Virus record (IMG/VR): IMGVR_UViG_3300037424_000909
Location: 1-43,549 of that record
Direction: 5' to 3' (one strand)
DNA: 43,549 nucleotides
Source of the DNA: a virus
Taxonomy: Duplodnaviria; Caudoviricetes
Positions 1 through 8,794 of this stretch are shown piece by piece. A program made the position numbers and the translations under genes. Positions within the stretch are counted from its first letter, which is position 1. The number at the start of each line of letters is the position of its first letter. The notes below the pieces were generated by a model, which searched no databases, had not been told where the DNA came from, and saw only the letters and a list, made by a program, of their open reading frames with translations.

Positions 1-78
1 AGTTCGAATTTGCAACGTTGACGGAATCCGATTTACCATGTTTTACTTGTAAACCGGCCCAGCGTTCGTCAATTGTTT

Positions 79-97
79 GGCCCATATCTTGCGTGTG
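79..97 (+). promoter_or_regulatory. Partial copy (-10 part only) of the phage promoter motif, heading the virion operon
   Basis: GGCCCATAT at 79-87 resembles GGGCCAYAT at 36884, 36838(-) and 42137(-). The in-frame GTG at 95 is at the same 16-nt offset. There is no TTG -35 at the expected place. Confidence 0.4.
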
Positions 98-769
98 GCG
101 ATAGAGAACCAGTACAACAGTGTGGGCCGCGCGACGTTACGCGGCCTTGGGTTGGGTCCGACGGAAATTGCGCGGGTGACCGGCCTGTCAAAGCAGTGCA
201 TCTACAACTACCTGACTGGCCGGGCGCAGCCGGATGAAAAAAATGCGGCGGGCCTTGAAGGGCATCTGGGGATCCCCGCGGCGTCATGGCGCGCGCACCG
301 GCCCGTCGTCGCGGCGGTGCCTGCGAAAAATTCCTTGACCCACCCAACGTTGCGTGCTAAAGAGCACGTCCCGGTGGAGCTGGCCCCCGCGGAGTCGCCG
401 CACTCCGACACCCCGGGGGCGATCTCGCATGATGCCCCCGGGGTGTCGCTTACCAGGTCGCCCGATCCGCACGAGGCTCGCCGCGACGTGCTTGTCGAAG
501 TGCGGGACATGATTCGGGTGCTGCGCAAGCAGATCGCGGCGAACCCCGCCGCGGGGCAGGTGGCGAGCCTCGCGAATTCCCTCCGACAGTATCACCGCGT
601 CGAGGCTGATATATTACGACATTTGGCCGAGGCCGAGTCGAACTTCGCCCAGTCGGCCGAGTTCCGGTCGTTCGTCACCTCCCTATATAGGGGTCTCGAG
701 TCGGTGCCGGGTGGCCTCGAGGCCTTGCGCACCGTGCTGGAGGGCGTTGTGGATGCCCCCAATGATTGA
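95..769 (+). CDS. Probable terminase small subunit with N-terminal Cro/XRE-type HTH
   Basis: LGPTEIARVTGLSKQCIYNYLTGRAQP is a Cro/XRE-like HTH, followed by a low-complexity linker and a helical C-terminus. Lies upstream of TerL. Start is GTG 95 or TTG 77. Confidence 0.55.
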   Translation: MAIENQYNSVGRATLRGLGLGPTEIARVTGLSKQCIYNYLTGRAQPDEKNAAGLEGHLGIPAASWRAHRPVVAAVPAKNSLTHPTLRAKEHVPVELAPAESPHSDTPGAISHDAPGVSLTRSPDPHEARRDVLVEVRDMIRVLRKQIAANPAAGQVASLANSLRQYHRVEADILRHLAEAESNFAQSAEFRSFVTSLYRGLESVPGGLEALRTVLEGVVDAPND

Positions 770-1340
770 CGTAGCGGCACTGTTCGTGGACCCGGCTGGG
801 CCTTATGCGAATCGTGGGGGAGTCGAGGTATGGGACGCGGCGAGGGACGCGCGAATATATGCGGGCCCCCACCCAGTAGTGGCACACCCGCCGTGTAGAC
901 TTTGGATCAACCTGGCCGCGGTCAACTATGCGCGGTGGGGTGGCGAGCACAACAGACCCGGTAATGACGGCGGGTGCTTCCTACACGCATTGGTTTGCGT
1001 GTGCTCATTCGGCGGCGTGCTCGAACACCCCGCGCATTCCCGCGCATGGCCCAAGTACGGATTGCCCCACCCTATCTTTGGCGAGTGGTCGCGGTGCGAT
1101 CTAGGTTGGGTGACTGAGATTTGGCAGAGTGCATATGGTCACCGCGCGGATAAAGCAACATGGCTCTTTTACGTGGGTAGTCGGGCCCCGGCGGGTATGC
1201 GTTGGATCAAGGTCAAAGGCACACATCAAATAGGTTGGTTCGATCGTCGTCGTCCTGTGTTGGGGCAACGGGAATCGGCACTAACACCACCTGACCTCGC
1301 AGTGGTTCTTGTTGATCTCGCTCGGGGGTCGCGCGCATGA
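762..1340 (+). CDS. Divergent C5-cytosine methyltransferase-like phage protein
   Basis: VVAHPPC (motif IV-like PC) and VLEHP (motif VI-like), but no canonical FxGxG. ATG 762 overlaps the upstream gene end. Confidence 0.5.
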   Translation: MIDVAALFVDPAGPYANRGGVEVWDAARDARIYAGPHPVVAHPPCRLWINLAAVNYARWGGEHNRPGNDGGCFLHALVCVCSFGGVLEHPAHSRAWPKYGLPHPIFGEWSRCDLGWVTEIWQSAYGHRADKATWLFYVGSRAPAGMRWIKVKGTHQIGWFDRRRPVLGQRESALTPPDLAVVLVDLARGSRA

Positions 1341-3007
1341 CGACTCCGAAGCGAGCTAGCACCACACTCCAAAGCGAGGCCCGCGCCATCGTGGGTGGAC
1401 TCGATGCGGAGGCCTCCACACTTCGCTGGCCCTCGTTGCGCTACGAGCACGACCTCGAGGGATTCGTGCACAATATCCTCGGCTTTCGCATGTGGGAGCG
1501 CCAGCGCGAGTTTGCCGCGATGCTCACGCGTAGCCGACGCGTTGCCGTGAAAGCAGGTCACAAGGTCAGCAAGACATTCACCCTCGTCGCACGGGCTTTG
1601 CATTTCTACTGCACGTACGGCGACGCGCGTGTTTTTTTCATGGCCCCGATCTATGAGCAAGTGAAGGACCCTATATGGGTTGAGTTGCGAAAGCTCGTGC
1701 GGCGATCGGGCACGTGCGCCGATTGTCGCGACAAGGGCATCACCGAGCCTTGCGCGCACTCGTGCCCCATCGACGGTTCTGTCAAGACACCCAAGGCGGG
1801 CTTGCAAAGTGCCGATGGGCTTCGCTCGATCGTTGGCATGGCGACGCGCGAAGCAAACAATGTGTCAGGCAAGTCCGGGGCGAATATGCTTTGGATCCTG
1901 GATGAAGTAATAGGCGTTGACCGTGAAGTGTTCGAGGCCGTGCAAGGAACGCAAGCCGGTGGTGCTTGGTCTGCAATCGCAAGCAACCCCACGGAGTACG
2001 ATCCGACGAACGAGTTCTGTATGGCGTTCGGAAAGAAGGCGGAGCTTTATGATACGATGACTCTACCATCGACGTGCTCGCCGAATGTCACGGGTGAGAT
2101 GCGCGTGCCCGGTTGCGCTACGTCCGAGTGGATCAAGGAGAAGGCGGATGAATGGGGTATCGAGTCGGCGCTATACCAATCACGCGTCATGGGAGAATTC
2201 CCGACGCGTGGTGCCGAGCAAATGCTTTCAATTCAAGACGTTGGTAGGGCGCAGATAAGACTCGACGCCCTCGACGATGATGGCGTTCTCGCTTTCGGTG
2301 TCGACGTCGCGGGGGCCGCGACGGGCAATGACTCGTGGACATTGATCGCGCGCCGCGGTTTGAAGATCGTGCATATGAGCAAATGCGAAGGCCTCGACTC
2401 AGATGATGGCGTTGTGATGGTCACCGCGTTGCTCGACGGCGGCACGATGCCTGATGGCACGCGTATAGACGCAGGCCTCGCACGCCCCGGCGAGTGCCCA
2501 CAAGTTGCCTACGACGCGTCGAGCAAGGTCGGTTCCGATTTTGGTAAAGCCCTCGTGCAATGGTCGCGTCGCAACCCCGGTCGCATCGCGCCGCGCGGTA
2601 TTGTACCTAGTGCCGATCCACCGCACGAGAAATACGATCGCATGCGCGATTACTTGCTCGCCAATCTCGCAGAGCAGATCATTGGCAACCTACGCACGAA
2701 GCAAGGTCTTGGCATTCCCCACAACGAGGAACTCGAAGAAGAACTACTCGCGCTGCGATGGGACTGGGATCGCTCAGACAAATCTGGTCGTGACAAGGTG
2801 ATAGAAAAGAAAGCACTGCGTCGCATCCTTGGACGGTCGCCGGACTTGGCCGATGGTCTATCGTATTGCGTGTTTGGCATCGACCACGATGGCGACCACA
2901 AGGCGACGCCGGCTGAGACTCAAATGCGTGCGCAAAAGGCCGCGACTGCGCGCGATCCGTATCGTCGTGGGGCGCCGGTGTACAACCCGTACGCCGGTGC
3001 CCGTTGA
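1337..3007 (+). CDS. terL: Terminase large subunit
   Basis: Walker A-like VAVKAGHKVSKT, Walker B ILDE, coupling motif ASNPT, nuclease motif FGVDVA and C-terminal GRSPDLAD. Confidence 0.92.
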   Translation: MTTPKRASTTLQSEARAIVGGLDAEASTLRWPSLRYEHDLEGFVHNILGFRMWERQREFAAMLTRSRRVAVKAGHKVSKTFTLVARALHFYCTYGDARVFFMAPIYEQVKDPIWVELRKLVRRSGTCADCRDKGITEPCAHSCPIDGSVKTPKAGLQSADGLRSIVGMATREANNVSGKSGANMLWILDEVIGVDREVFEAVQGTQAGGAWSAIASNPTEYDPTNEFCMAFGKKAELYDTMTLPSTCSPNVTGEMRVPGCATSEWIKEKADEWGIESALYQSRVMGEFPTRGAEQMLSIQDVGRAQIRLDALDDDGVLAFGVDVAGAATGNDSWTLIARRGLKIVHMSKCEGLDSDDGVVMVTALLDGGTMPDGTRIDAGLARPGECPQVAYDASSKVGSDFGKALVQWSRRNPGRIAPRGIVPSADPPHEKYDRMRDYLLANLAEQIIGNLRTKQGLGIPHNEELEEELLALRWDWDRSDKSGRDKVIEKKALRRILGRSPDLADGLSYCVFGIDHDGDHKATPAETQMRAQKAATARDPYRRGAPVYNPYAGAR

Positions 3008-3042
3008 CGGCCCCCGCCCGTGGACCCATAACCGGGGGGAGA

Positions 3043-4557
3043 ATGTCCCTCGCAACCCCAGCCCGAAATGCGATCCGCGCCCTGCTGGCACAATCGGCAT
3101 ATACGGGGGAGCCGCCTAAGGGTTGGCTTTCACTGGACGCGCCCCTCGTCGAGCGTGTTCGTTCGCTGCAGGGTGGACATCTTGCGTTGCGCCCTGAAAT
3201 CCAAGTCGAGTGGCTACTGCAGCAACGCAAGGACGCAATCGAGTCGGCGGTTGCGGGGGACCTCTCAGGTGCATCACTGTTGTGGAAATCGATCTGCACG
3301 GATGGCACGTTCATGGGTGTCCTCGGAGTGTACTCCGCCGGCATTACTGCACTACCACGCAAGTGGCGTGGCGACCCACAACTGATATCGCAACTCATGC
3401 TCGGTAGTGACTCAGTGCGCTCGGTCTACGACAATATGGTGCCCCCGGATCAGTCCGAGCTCATGATGCAAGACGGCAAGGGCATGGGCGTCGCCGTGGG
3501 TGAGATTGTGCCCGTGCCCGGGCGGTACTACGGAGTGCTTCGCCGCCTGCCACCTGAGGGGCTTCGGTATCGGTGGTCCTCGAACATGGGATCGTGGTTT
3601 TATCAGACTACTTCGGGGCTTATACCAATTACGCCAGGTGACGGCCGTTGGGTGCTATGGGAGCCCGGTGGCACGGATGCGGCACCGTGGGAGCGCGGGG
3701 CGTGGATTTACGCGTCACGCGCGTACATCAACAAGGAACACGCGATCCTCGAGCAGGCGAACTTCTGCCGCACGTTGGCGAATCCCGCAATATTGACGAC
3801 AACACCGCAAGGCGCAAGTGACGCGGATCGATCGGCGTGGTTCGGCGCGTTCGCCAATTGGGGCATGAACATGGTCGCATCGGCGCCCGTGCCTGGCTAC
3901 GATGCGAAAGTTCTCGAGATCCAAGGGCAAGGTTTCCGTGCATTCAAAGACATGATTGACGCGGCGAACCAAGAGTTGATCATTTCGATTTGGGGCACGA
4001 ACGTGCCCGTGACGGGCGGCGCCGCATTCGCCTCGACGGACTTGTTTGCCTCGCCGAAGGACGTGTTGACGAAGCGCGCCGCACGGTCGTGGGACCATTT
4101 GGTCAACACACAGATTATCCCTGCGTGGACGATTGCGACGGCGGGCCTCGACGCCCTTGAGGGGTCGCCATGCGTGGAGACGGATGCAACGCCGCCGAAG
4201 GACTCGAACGCAATTGCGCAGTCGTGGATTCAGATGGCTACGTCAGTGCGCGAAGTCTACGAAGTGTCCAAGCTCGCAGGCGTGCAACCCAAAGCCGAAT
4301 CCGTGCGGGATATGTTGTTTCGGCAGACAGGCCTCGAATTTGAGGAGTTGCCGAAAGGCACGACGCCAGAGGTCAAATTGCAACTCGCCCCTACAGACAT
4401 CGCGAAAGTCGTCAAAGTCAATGAAGCTCGCGTATCGCAGGGGCTGTCTCCACTCGAGGACTCTGAGACGGGTGAGAAGACAATCTCAGAACTCGAGAAT
4501 AAAAAGTCGGGCGGCGAAGGCGCCGCACCAAGTCCCGCGAATGAGGTAGCAGCATGA
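3043..4557 (+). CDS. Portal protein (Mu gp29/DUF935-like)
   Basis: About 500 aa between TerL and the protease. GGGGGAG SD precedes ATG 3043 (alternative TTG 3004). C-terminal VNEARVSQGLSPLE is portal-like. Confidence 0.8.
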   Translation: MSLATPARNAIRALLAQSAYTGEPPKGWLSLDAPLVERVRSLQGGHLALRPEIQVEWLLQQRKDAIESAVAGDLSGASLLWKSICTDGTFMGVLGVYSAGITALPRKWRGDPQLISQLMLGSDSVRSVYDNMVPPDQSELMMQDGKGMGVAVGEIVPVPGRYYGVLRRLPPEGLRYRWSSNMGSWFYQTTSGLIPITPGDGRWVLWEPGGTDAAPWERGAWIYASRAYINKEHAILEQANFCRTLANPAILTTTPQGASDADRSAWFGAFANWGMNMVASAPVPGYDAKVLEIQGQGFRAFKDMIDAANQELIISIWGTNVPVTGGAAFASTDLFASPKDVLTKRAARSWDHLVNTQIIPAWTIATAGLDALEGSPCVETDATPPKDSNAIAQSWIQMATSVREVYEVSKLAGVQPKAESVRDMLFRQTGLEFEELPKGTTPEVKLQLAPTDIAKVVKVNEARVSQGLSPLEDSETGEKTISELENKKSGGEGAAPSPANEVAA

Positions 4558-5984
4558 TCCGAGAAATGCACGCGTGGCGACCAGACGGCATGCTTGCGGT
4601 GCATCCGCAGGCGATTGGTGCCCTTATACCGGTGCGCGAGTTGCCGGACGCGATGCCACTTGAGGTGCACGGCAACGTTGCCGTCATCGGTGTGCGGGGT
4701 CCACTCATGCACCACACCGATGACGGCTGTGCCTCGTATGATGGTCTAAAGGCACGCGTGGCTGAGGCCCTCGCTACGCCGGCGTCCTATTTGCTTCTTT
4801 CGGTTGATTCACCGGGCGGTTTGCTTGCCGGTTGCCTCGATTGCGTTACCGAGGTCCGCGCCATGGTGGCCGCGGCGGGCAAGCGCGTGTTCACCTATGT
4901 GGACGCGATGTCTTGCTCTGCAGCGTACGCCCTCTGCCTCATTGGGGAGCGCATATATGTGCCGGTCTCGGGTGTCGTAGGATCGATCGGCGTGATTGAG
5001 ACCCTCGTGGATTGCACGAAAGCGGACGCGGCTATGGGGCTCCGATTCAGTGTCGTGACGTCAGGGGAGCGTAAGGCCGACTCGAACCCGCACACCCCCA
5101 CGACGGAAGGTACCCTCGCCGCGTATCAGGCGGATGTCGACCGTATGGCGGGGATTTTCTTCGACACCGTTGCCCAGTACCGGGCGGGGATCCATACAGA
5201 TAGTATTCGCGCCCTCCAAGCGGGGGTGCTTGTCGGGGCCGACGCAATCGCGGCGGGCCTAGCGGATGAGATTGCAACAGAAGATGAAGTGGTGGCCCTG
5301 CTAAATTCGGGCCGTGTAGATGTGAAAACCCAAACGGAGCCAGCACCAAAAATGGCGAATTTTGCAGACGCAGTGGCCTCTCTCCAGTCCGTGATCGATG
5401 ATGAGTCGACGAGTGATGAGGACAAGGCCAAGGCCAGAAAAATGATCATCGCGGCCAGTGCCGCGCCGAAGGCCGAAGGCGATGAGCCCGCCCAGGACGA
5501 AGATAGGGAGGAGCCCGAGGCCACGGCAGAGCATGCCGAGCCCGACGGCGATGAAGGCAAGAAAGCCAGTCGTGGGGGGCAACGCTTCCTCGACATCGCC
5601 AGAACCACGATGCTCGCATCGCGACAAGACTTCACCGCGCAGCAAATCGCAACTCTACGCAAAGCGCCCCTCGCCCTCGTAGAAGACGCCGTGCGTAACT
5701 GGCCACGTAATTCCGCGCCGGGTCCCGTCGCGCAAGCACTCGCGTCGCAAGGCACGAAAGCCACTGTGCAACCCGAGGTCACGCCGACCGATGCGGACCC
5801 CGCGAAGGGCGTCATGTCCGATTTCGAACGCGTGCAACTGGCGCGTTTCGGTACGGGCGATAATCGCACCAAGTATGAATCGCAAGATGGTTATTTCTGC
5901 ACACCAGCGTGCACGATCGAACAGCAACAGAAGTTGATGGCACGCAAGATGGGCCTGGACGTCGCGGCCGGAGGGACCAAGTAA
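4554..5984 (+). CDS. Prohead protease, S49/SppA family, with C-terminal scaffold region
   Basis: VDSPGG, SCSAAY, VGSIGV and SGERK motifs, plus an acidic low-complexity C-terminal half. Confidence 0.9.
   Translation: MIREMHAWRPDGMLAVHPQAIGALIPVRELPDAMPLEVHGNVAVIGVRGPLMHHTDDGCASYDGLKARVAEALATPASYLLLSVDSPGGLLAGCLDCVTEVRAMVAAAGKRVFTYVDAMSCSAAYALCLIGERIYVPVSGVVGSIGVIETLVDCTKADAAMGLRFSVVTSGERKADSNPHTPTTEGTLAAYQADVDRMAGIFFDTVAQYRAGIHTDSIRALQAGVLVGADAIAAGLADEIATEDEVVALLNSGRVDVKTQTEPAPKMANFADAVASLQSVIDDESTSDEDKAKARKMIIAASAAPKAEGDEPAQDEDREEPEATAEHAEPDGDEGKKASRGGQRFLDIARTTMLASRQDFTAQQIATLRKAPLALVEDAVRNWPRNSAPGPVAQALASQGTKATVQPEVTPTDADPAKGVMSDFERVQLARFGTGDNRTKYESQDGYFCTPACTIEQQQKLMARKMGLDVAAGGTK
5352..5984 (+). 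CDS. Putative nested in-frame scaffolding protein
   Basis: In-frame ATG (MANFADAV) just after the protease domain, preceded by GGAG and an A-rich stretch. Analogous to lambda Nu3 within C. Confidence 0.45.
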   Translation: MANFADAVASLQSVIDDESTSDEDKAKARKMIIAASAAPKAEGDEPAQDEDREEPEATAEHAEPDGDEGKKASRGGQRFLDIARTTMLASRQDFTAQQIATLRKAPLALVEDAVRNWPRNSAPGPVAQALASQGTKATVQPEVTPTDADPAKGVMSDFERVQLARFGTGDNRTKYESQDGYFCTPACTIEQQQKLMARKMGLDVAAGGTK

Positions 5985-5985
5985 C

Positions 5986-6759
5986 ATGACTGCCACTGCT
6001 ACAGATATTTTGATGAGTCCCGGGAAGTCGATCCGTTTCCCGCAGCTCACGCTCAAGTCCGGGCAACATGCGTACGCCAACACCGGCGCCGCGATTGAGC
6101 TGTCGTCGGGTAAGGTCGTCACTATGGTGTCCGGTAATACGGGCCTCAAGTCGATCGGCATTTTCACCACCGAGGTCGATGCGACCGCGGGGGATACCCT
6201 TTGCGTTGTCGACCTGTGCCGCGAAGTTGTGTGTGTCTCTATGCGCAACGATACAGGCACCGCGGTCACCCTCGTGGGCTCGACGTGCTACATGCTCGAC
6301 AACCAGACTGTGACCGGCGCAAGCTCGGGCAACGCCATTGCCGGCACCGTATGGGAGATCGACGCGACGGACGGCGTGCTTTACGAGCCTGCGTCAAACA
6401 CCACCGTAACCAGCGTCGCCTACGACGTTGGCCTCGATACCACCACGGCCGCGTTCACCACGAATGACTGGGCCCCCGCCGTAGGCGACCTCTCCCTGGG
6501 CAAGACCTACGTCATTGGCTCCGGCGCGGGCGCCGCCGCGGCAAGCACGGTGTCTTTGCCAACCACGGGCGTTGCCGCGGGGTTCTTCTGCTGGTTCGCT
6601 GCAGATGGCACGCAGGGCGCATACACGATCACATATCGCGACGGTACCACGGCGCGCACCACAGCCCTCACGGCGAGTAAGCCGCACATGGTCCGGGCGA
6701 TCAACGTCGGCAACGCCACCACGTCCATTTGGGTATTTAGCGCCTACGTTGACGCATAA
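5986..6759 (+). CDS. Head decoration/cement protein with C-terminal extension
   Basis: Between protease and capsid. VGSTCYMLDNQTV...AGTVWEID resembles Mu-like head decoration proteins. Thr/Ala-rich. Confidence 0.6.
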   Translation: MTATATDILMSPGKSIRFPQLTLKSGQHAYANTGAAIELSSGKVVTMVSGNTGLKSIGIFTTEVDATAGDTLCVVDLCREVVCVSMRNDTGTAVTLVGSTCYMLDNQTVTGASSGNAIAGTVWEIDATDGVLYEPASNTTVTSVAYDVGLDTTTAAFTTNDWAPAVGDLSLGKTYVIGSGAGAAAASTVSLPTTGVAAGFFCWFAADGTQGAYTITYRDGTTARTTALTASKPHMVRAINVGNATTSIWVFSAYVDA

Positions 6760-6773
6760 GGAGTCCACCCAGC

Positions 6774-7856
6774 ATGACCGGCTTTATATCCCCCAGCTTC
6801 ATTTTCAATCTCAAGAGTCAGCTGTCGCTGATTCAAGAGAGGCCTTTTCAGGAATTTCTGAATTCCGAAAATGCTTGGTGGCCCTACGTCGCGAAGATTC
6901 TTCCGACGAACGCTTCGAAGCATATTGTCACGTGGTTGCTGCAGACGGCATATCTCGAGAACCTTGGCCAGAGTACGGATCTTCCGAAACGCGATCTCGT
7001 GCTCGTGGATACCTCGTTCACCCCAGTCAACGTCGGTTCGCGAATCGAGATCGGGCTGAACGAGTTCACTGATCTCGATGGTCGTGGTGTGGATATCCTA
7101 TCCTCGTGGGTCGAGCAGATCTCGCAAGAGGGCGCGTACTACCCCCAGGAGCAGATTGCAAATCTGATCAAAGGTGGCGAGACTTACGCGAGCGATACCT
7201 ATGATGGCGTCGCATTCTTTGCGAAGAATCATCCGTACAACCCGAAGCACGCTCGCGCAGGCACGTATGCGAATCTGTTCTCGGGCGCAGCTGCAAGCAC
7301 ACCAAGCACCGATCCGAATGATGCGATTTTCCCCGGCGCATTGCCAATCGACACTGGCGTCACGTTCGAGGTCGCATACGCGAATCTTCAGAAGGCCTTT
7401 GGTTACATCAACTCGATCCGACAGGCGAATGGCAAACAGCCGCGGTTCCTCCGTCCGTGGGCGATCCTCGCACCGAGTGTTTTGCACCCACGCGTCAACG
7501 CACTGTTGCAAGCGTCCTTCGGCGGTTTCACCGCGGGTTCCGGTGGCGGCTCGACAGATCTGACCGATGGGGGAAAGATCCAGATCCAAAAGCTCGGGTA
7601 CCAAGAGTCATTCAATTGCCCCGAGTTCAATGCGGACTCAACTTCGTGGTACATCATCGCGAAGCAGGTTGCATCGAGTCAACTCGGTGGCACCGTGTGG
7701 ACCGAGCGCATGCCGATTGGCACGCAGACGTACTGGCCCACGGATGGCAAGAATGCCGATCTCGGCCGCAAAAATGTAGTGGAAGCGCAGAGCCGAGGTC
7801 GTTCGGTTGCCGGTTTCGGTCACCCGTACCTCGTGTTCAAATGTAAAGCTACGTAA
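6774..7856 (+). CDS. Major capsid protein, Mu gpT-like
   Basis: YDGVAFFAKNHP motif and terminal RSVAGFGHPYL, 360 aa, strong TAAGGAG SD. Confidence 0.88.
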   Translation: MTGFISPSFIFNLKSQLSLIQERPFQEFLNSENAWWPYVAKILPTNASKHIVTWLLQTAYLENLGQSTDLPKRDLVLVDTSFTPVNVGSRIEIGLNEFTDLDGRGVDILSSWVEQISQEGAYYPQEQIANLIKGGETYASDTYDGVAFFAKNHPYNPKHARAGTYANLFSGAAASTPSTDPNDAIFPGALPIDTGVTFEVAYANLQKAFGYINSIRQANGKQPRFLRPWAILAPSVLHPRVNALLQASFGGFTAGSGGGSTDLTDGGKIQIQKLGYQESFNCPEFNADSTSWYIIAKQVASSQLGGTVWTERMPIGTQTYWPTDGKNADLGRKNVVEAQSRGRSVAGFGHPYLVFKCKAT

Positions 7857-7862
7857 TAGATT

Positions 7863-7904
7863 TCGGGGGCGTCGTCGTGAGTCCTGCGCGTTCGGCGCCC
7901 CCGA
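7863..7904 (+). terminator. 12-bp GC stem-loop after the capsid gene, without a U-tract
   Basis: TCGGGGGCGTCG (7863-7874) pairs with CGGCGCCCCCGA (7893-7904), with one G-U pair. Confidence 0.5.
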
Positions 7905-7911
7905 GTTACCC

Positions 7912-8370
7912 ATGGCATATCTCACCCCCGCACAATATTACGAGCTGACCCTGGTTCCGCAGGATCGGCTCGATGCGTTGCAGGCGAGGTACCCGCAATT
8001 TCTGGGGGCGCAACTCGCGGGCAAGTCGGGCGTGATTGATTCCTTGTTGCGCAAGCGTTACGTCGCGCCGTTCACGGCGCCTTATCCTGAGCCCATCAAG
8101 CAGTGGCTTTGGCGCATGCTCGACCCGATTGTCTACCTCAAGATCGGTGTGGATGCATCGGACGAGCAGGTAGCGGAGATCATCGCGGACGGGCAACGCG
8201 TGCTCGTCGAGCTGAGGGAAGCGGCCGATGCGAAGGAAGGGCTCTATGATTTGCCCTTGCGCGCGGACACCGTGACGAGTGGCCTCGCAAGGCCAACAGT
8301 ACTTACGCAATCCGATCCTACGCCCTACGTGGGCCTACGAACGCAGGCGCAACGTGCCGGTTACAGGTAG
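7912..8370 (+). CDS. Head-tail adaptor, Mu gp36/DUF1320-like
   Basis: MAYLT start and IDSLLRKRYVAPF motif, directly after the capsid gene. Confidence 0.75.
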   Translation: MAYLTPAQYYELTLVPQDRLDALQARYPQFLGAQLAGKSGVIDSLLRKRYVAPFTAPYPEPIKQWLWRMLDPIVYLKIGVDASDEQVAEIIADGQRVLVELREAADAKEGLYDLPLRADTVTSGLARPTVLTQSDPTPYVGLRTQAQRAGYR

Positions 8371-8794
8371 CGCGATTCGCACGGTAGATGGTTGGATTCG
8401 AGACCTCCAGTCGGTCTCGGGCGCGGTCGCGAAGATGCCCGAGCAACTCGTGCCCGTGATTCGTCGCGAGGCCGAGGGGGCCATTGATGCGGGCGTCTCA
8501 CTCGACGGTGAGGTGTGGGACGAAAAAGTCGGCGGGGGTAAGGCTCTTGAAGGCGGCAAGAAATCCCTCTCGGTGTACGCCTCGGGTCGCACTATTTGGA
8601 TCAAAATCGTGGGTGGCCTTGTCTATTCGCAATTCGGCACGCACCGGCAGAAGCGCCGGAGCATCCTGCCCCGTAAAGGGCTGCCGTACAAGCTTGGCAA
8701 CGCGATCCGCAAAGGGATCGTCCAGGCCGCACCGGAGTTCCTCGCCCGGGCGGGCGGGCATCGGGGCTCGAAAGGCACCAAATGGGGTCTATGA
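8354..8794 (+). CDS. Virion morphogenesis/neck protein (Mu gpG-like)
   Basis: G..LDGE.W and YSQFGT...RRSILP motifs, basic protein, position after the adaptor. Start GTG 8354 inferred. Confidence 0.6.
   Translation: MPVTGSAIRTVDGWIRDLQSVSGAVAKMPEQLVPVIRREAEGAIDAGVSLDGEVWDEKVGGGKALEGGKKSLSVYASGRTIWIKIVGGLVYSQFGTHRQKRRSILPRKGLPYKLGNAIRKGIVQAAPEFLARAGGHRGSKGTKWGL

Noticed and set aside
10-39. Possible sigma70 promoter TTGCAA-N18-TACCAT
   Set aside because: Single moderate match with no independent support, so it is kept only as an alternative to the motif at 79-97.
3043-8794. Transposable Mu-like phage
   Set aside because: Only the head genes are Mu-like. There is no MuA/MuB or TG...CA end structure, and replication genes are PolA/primase type.
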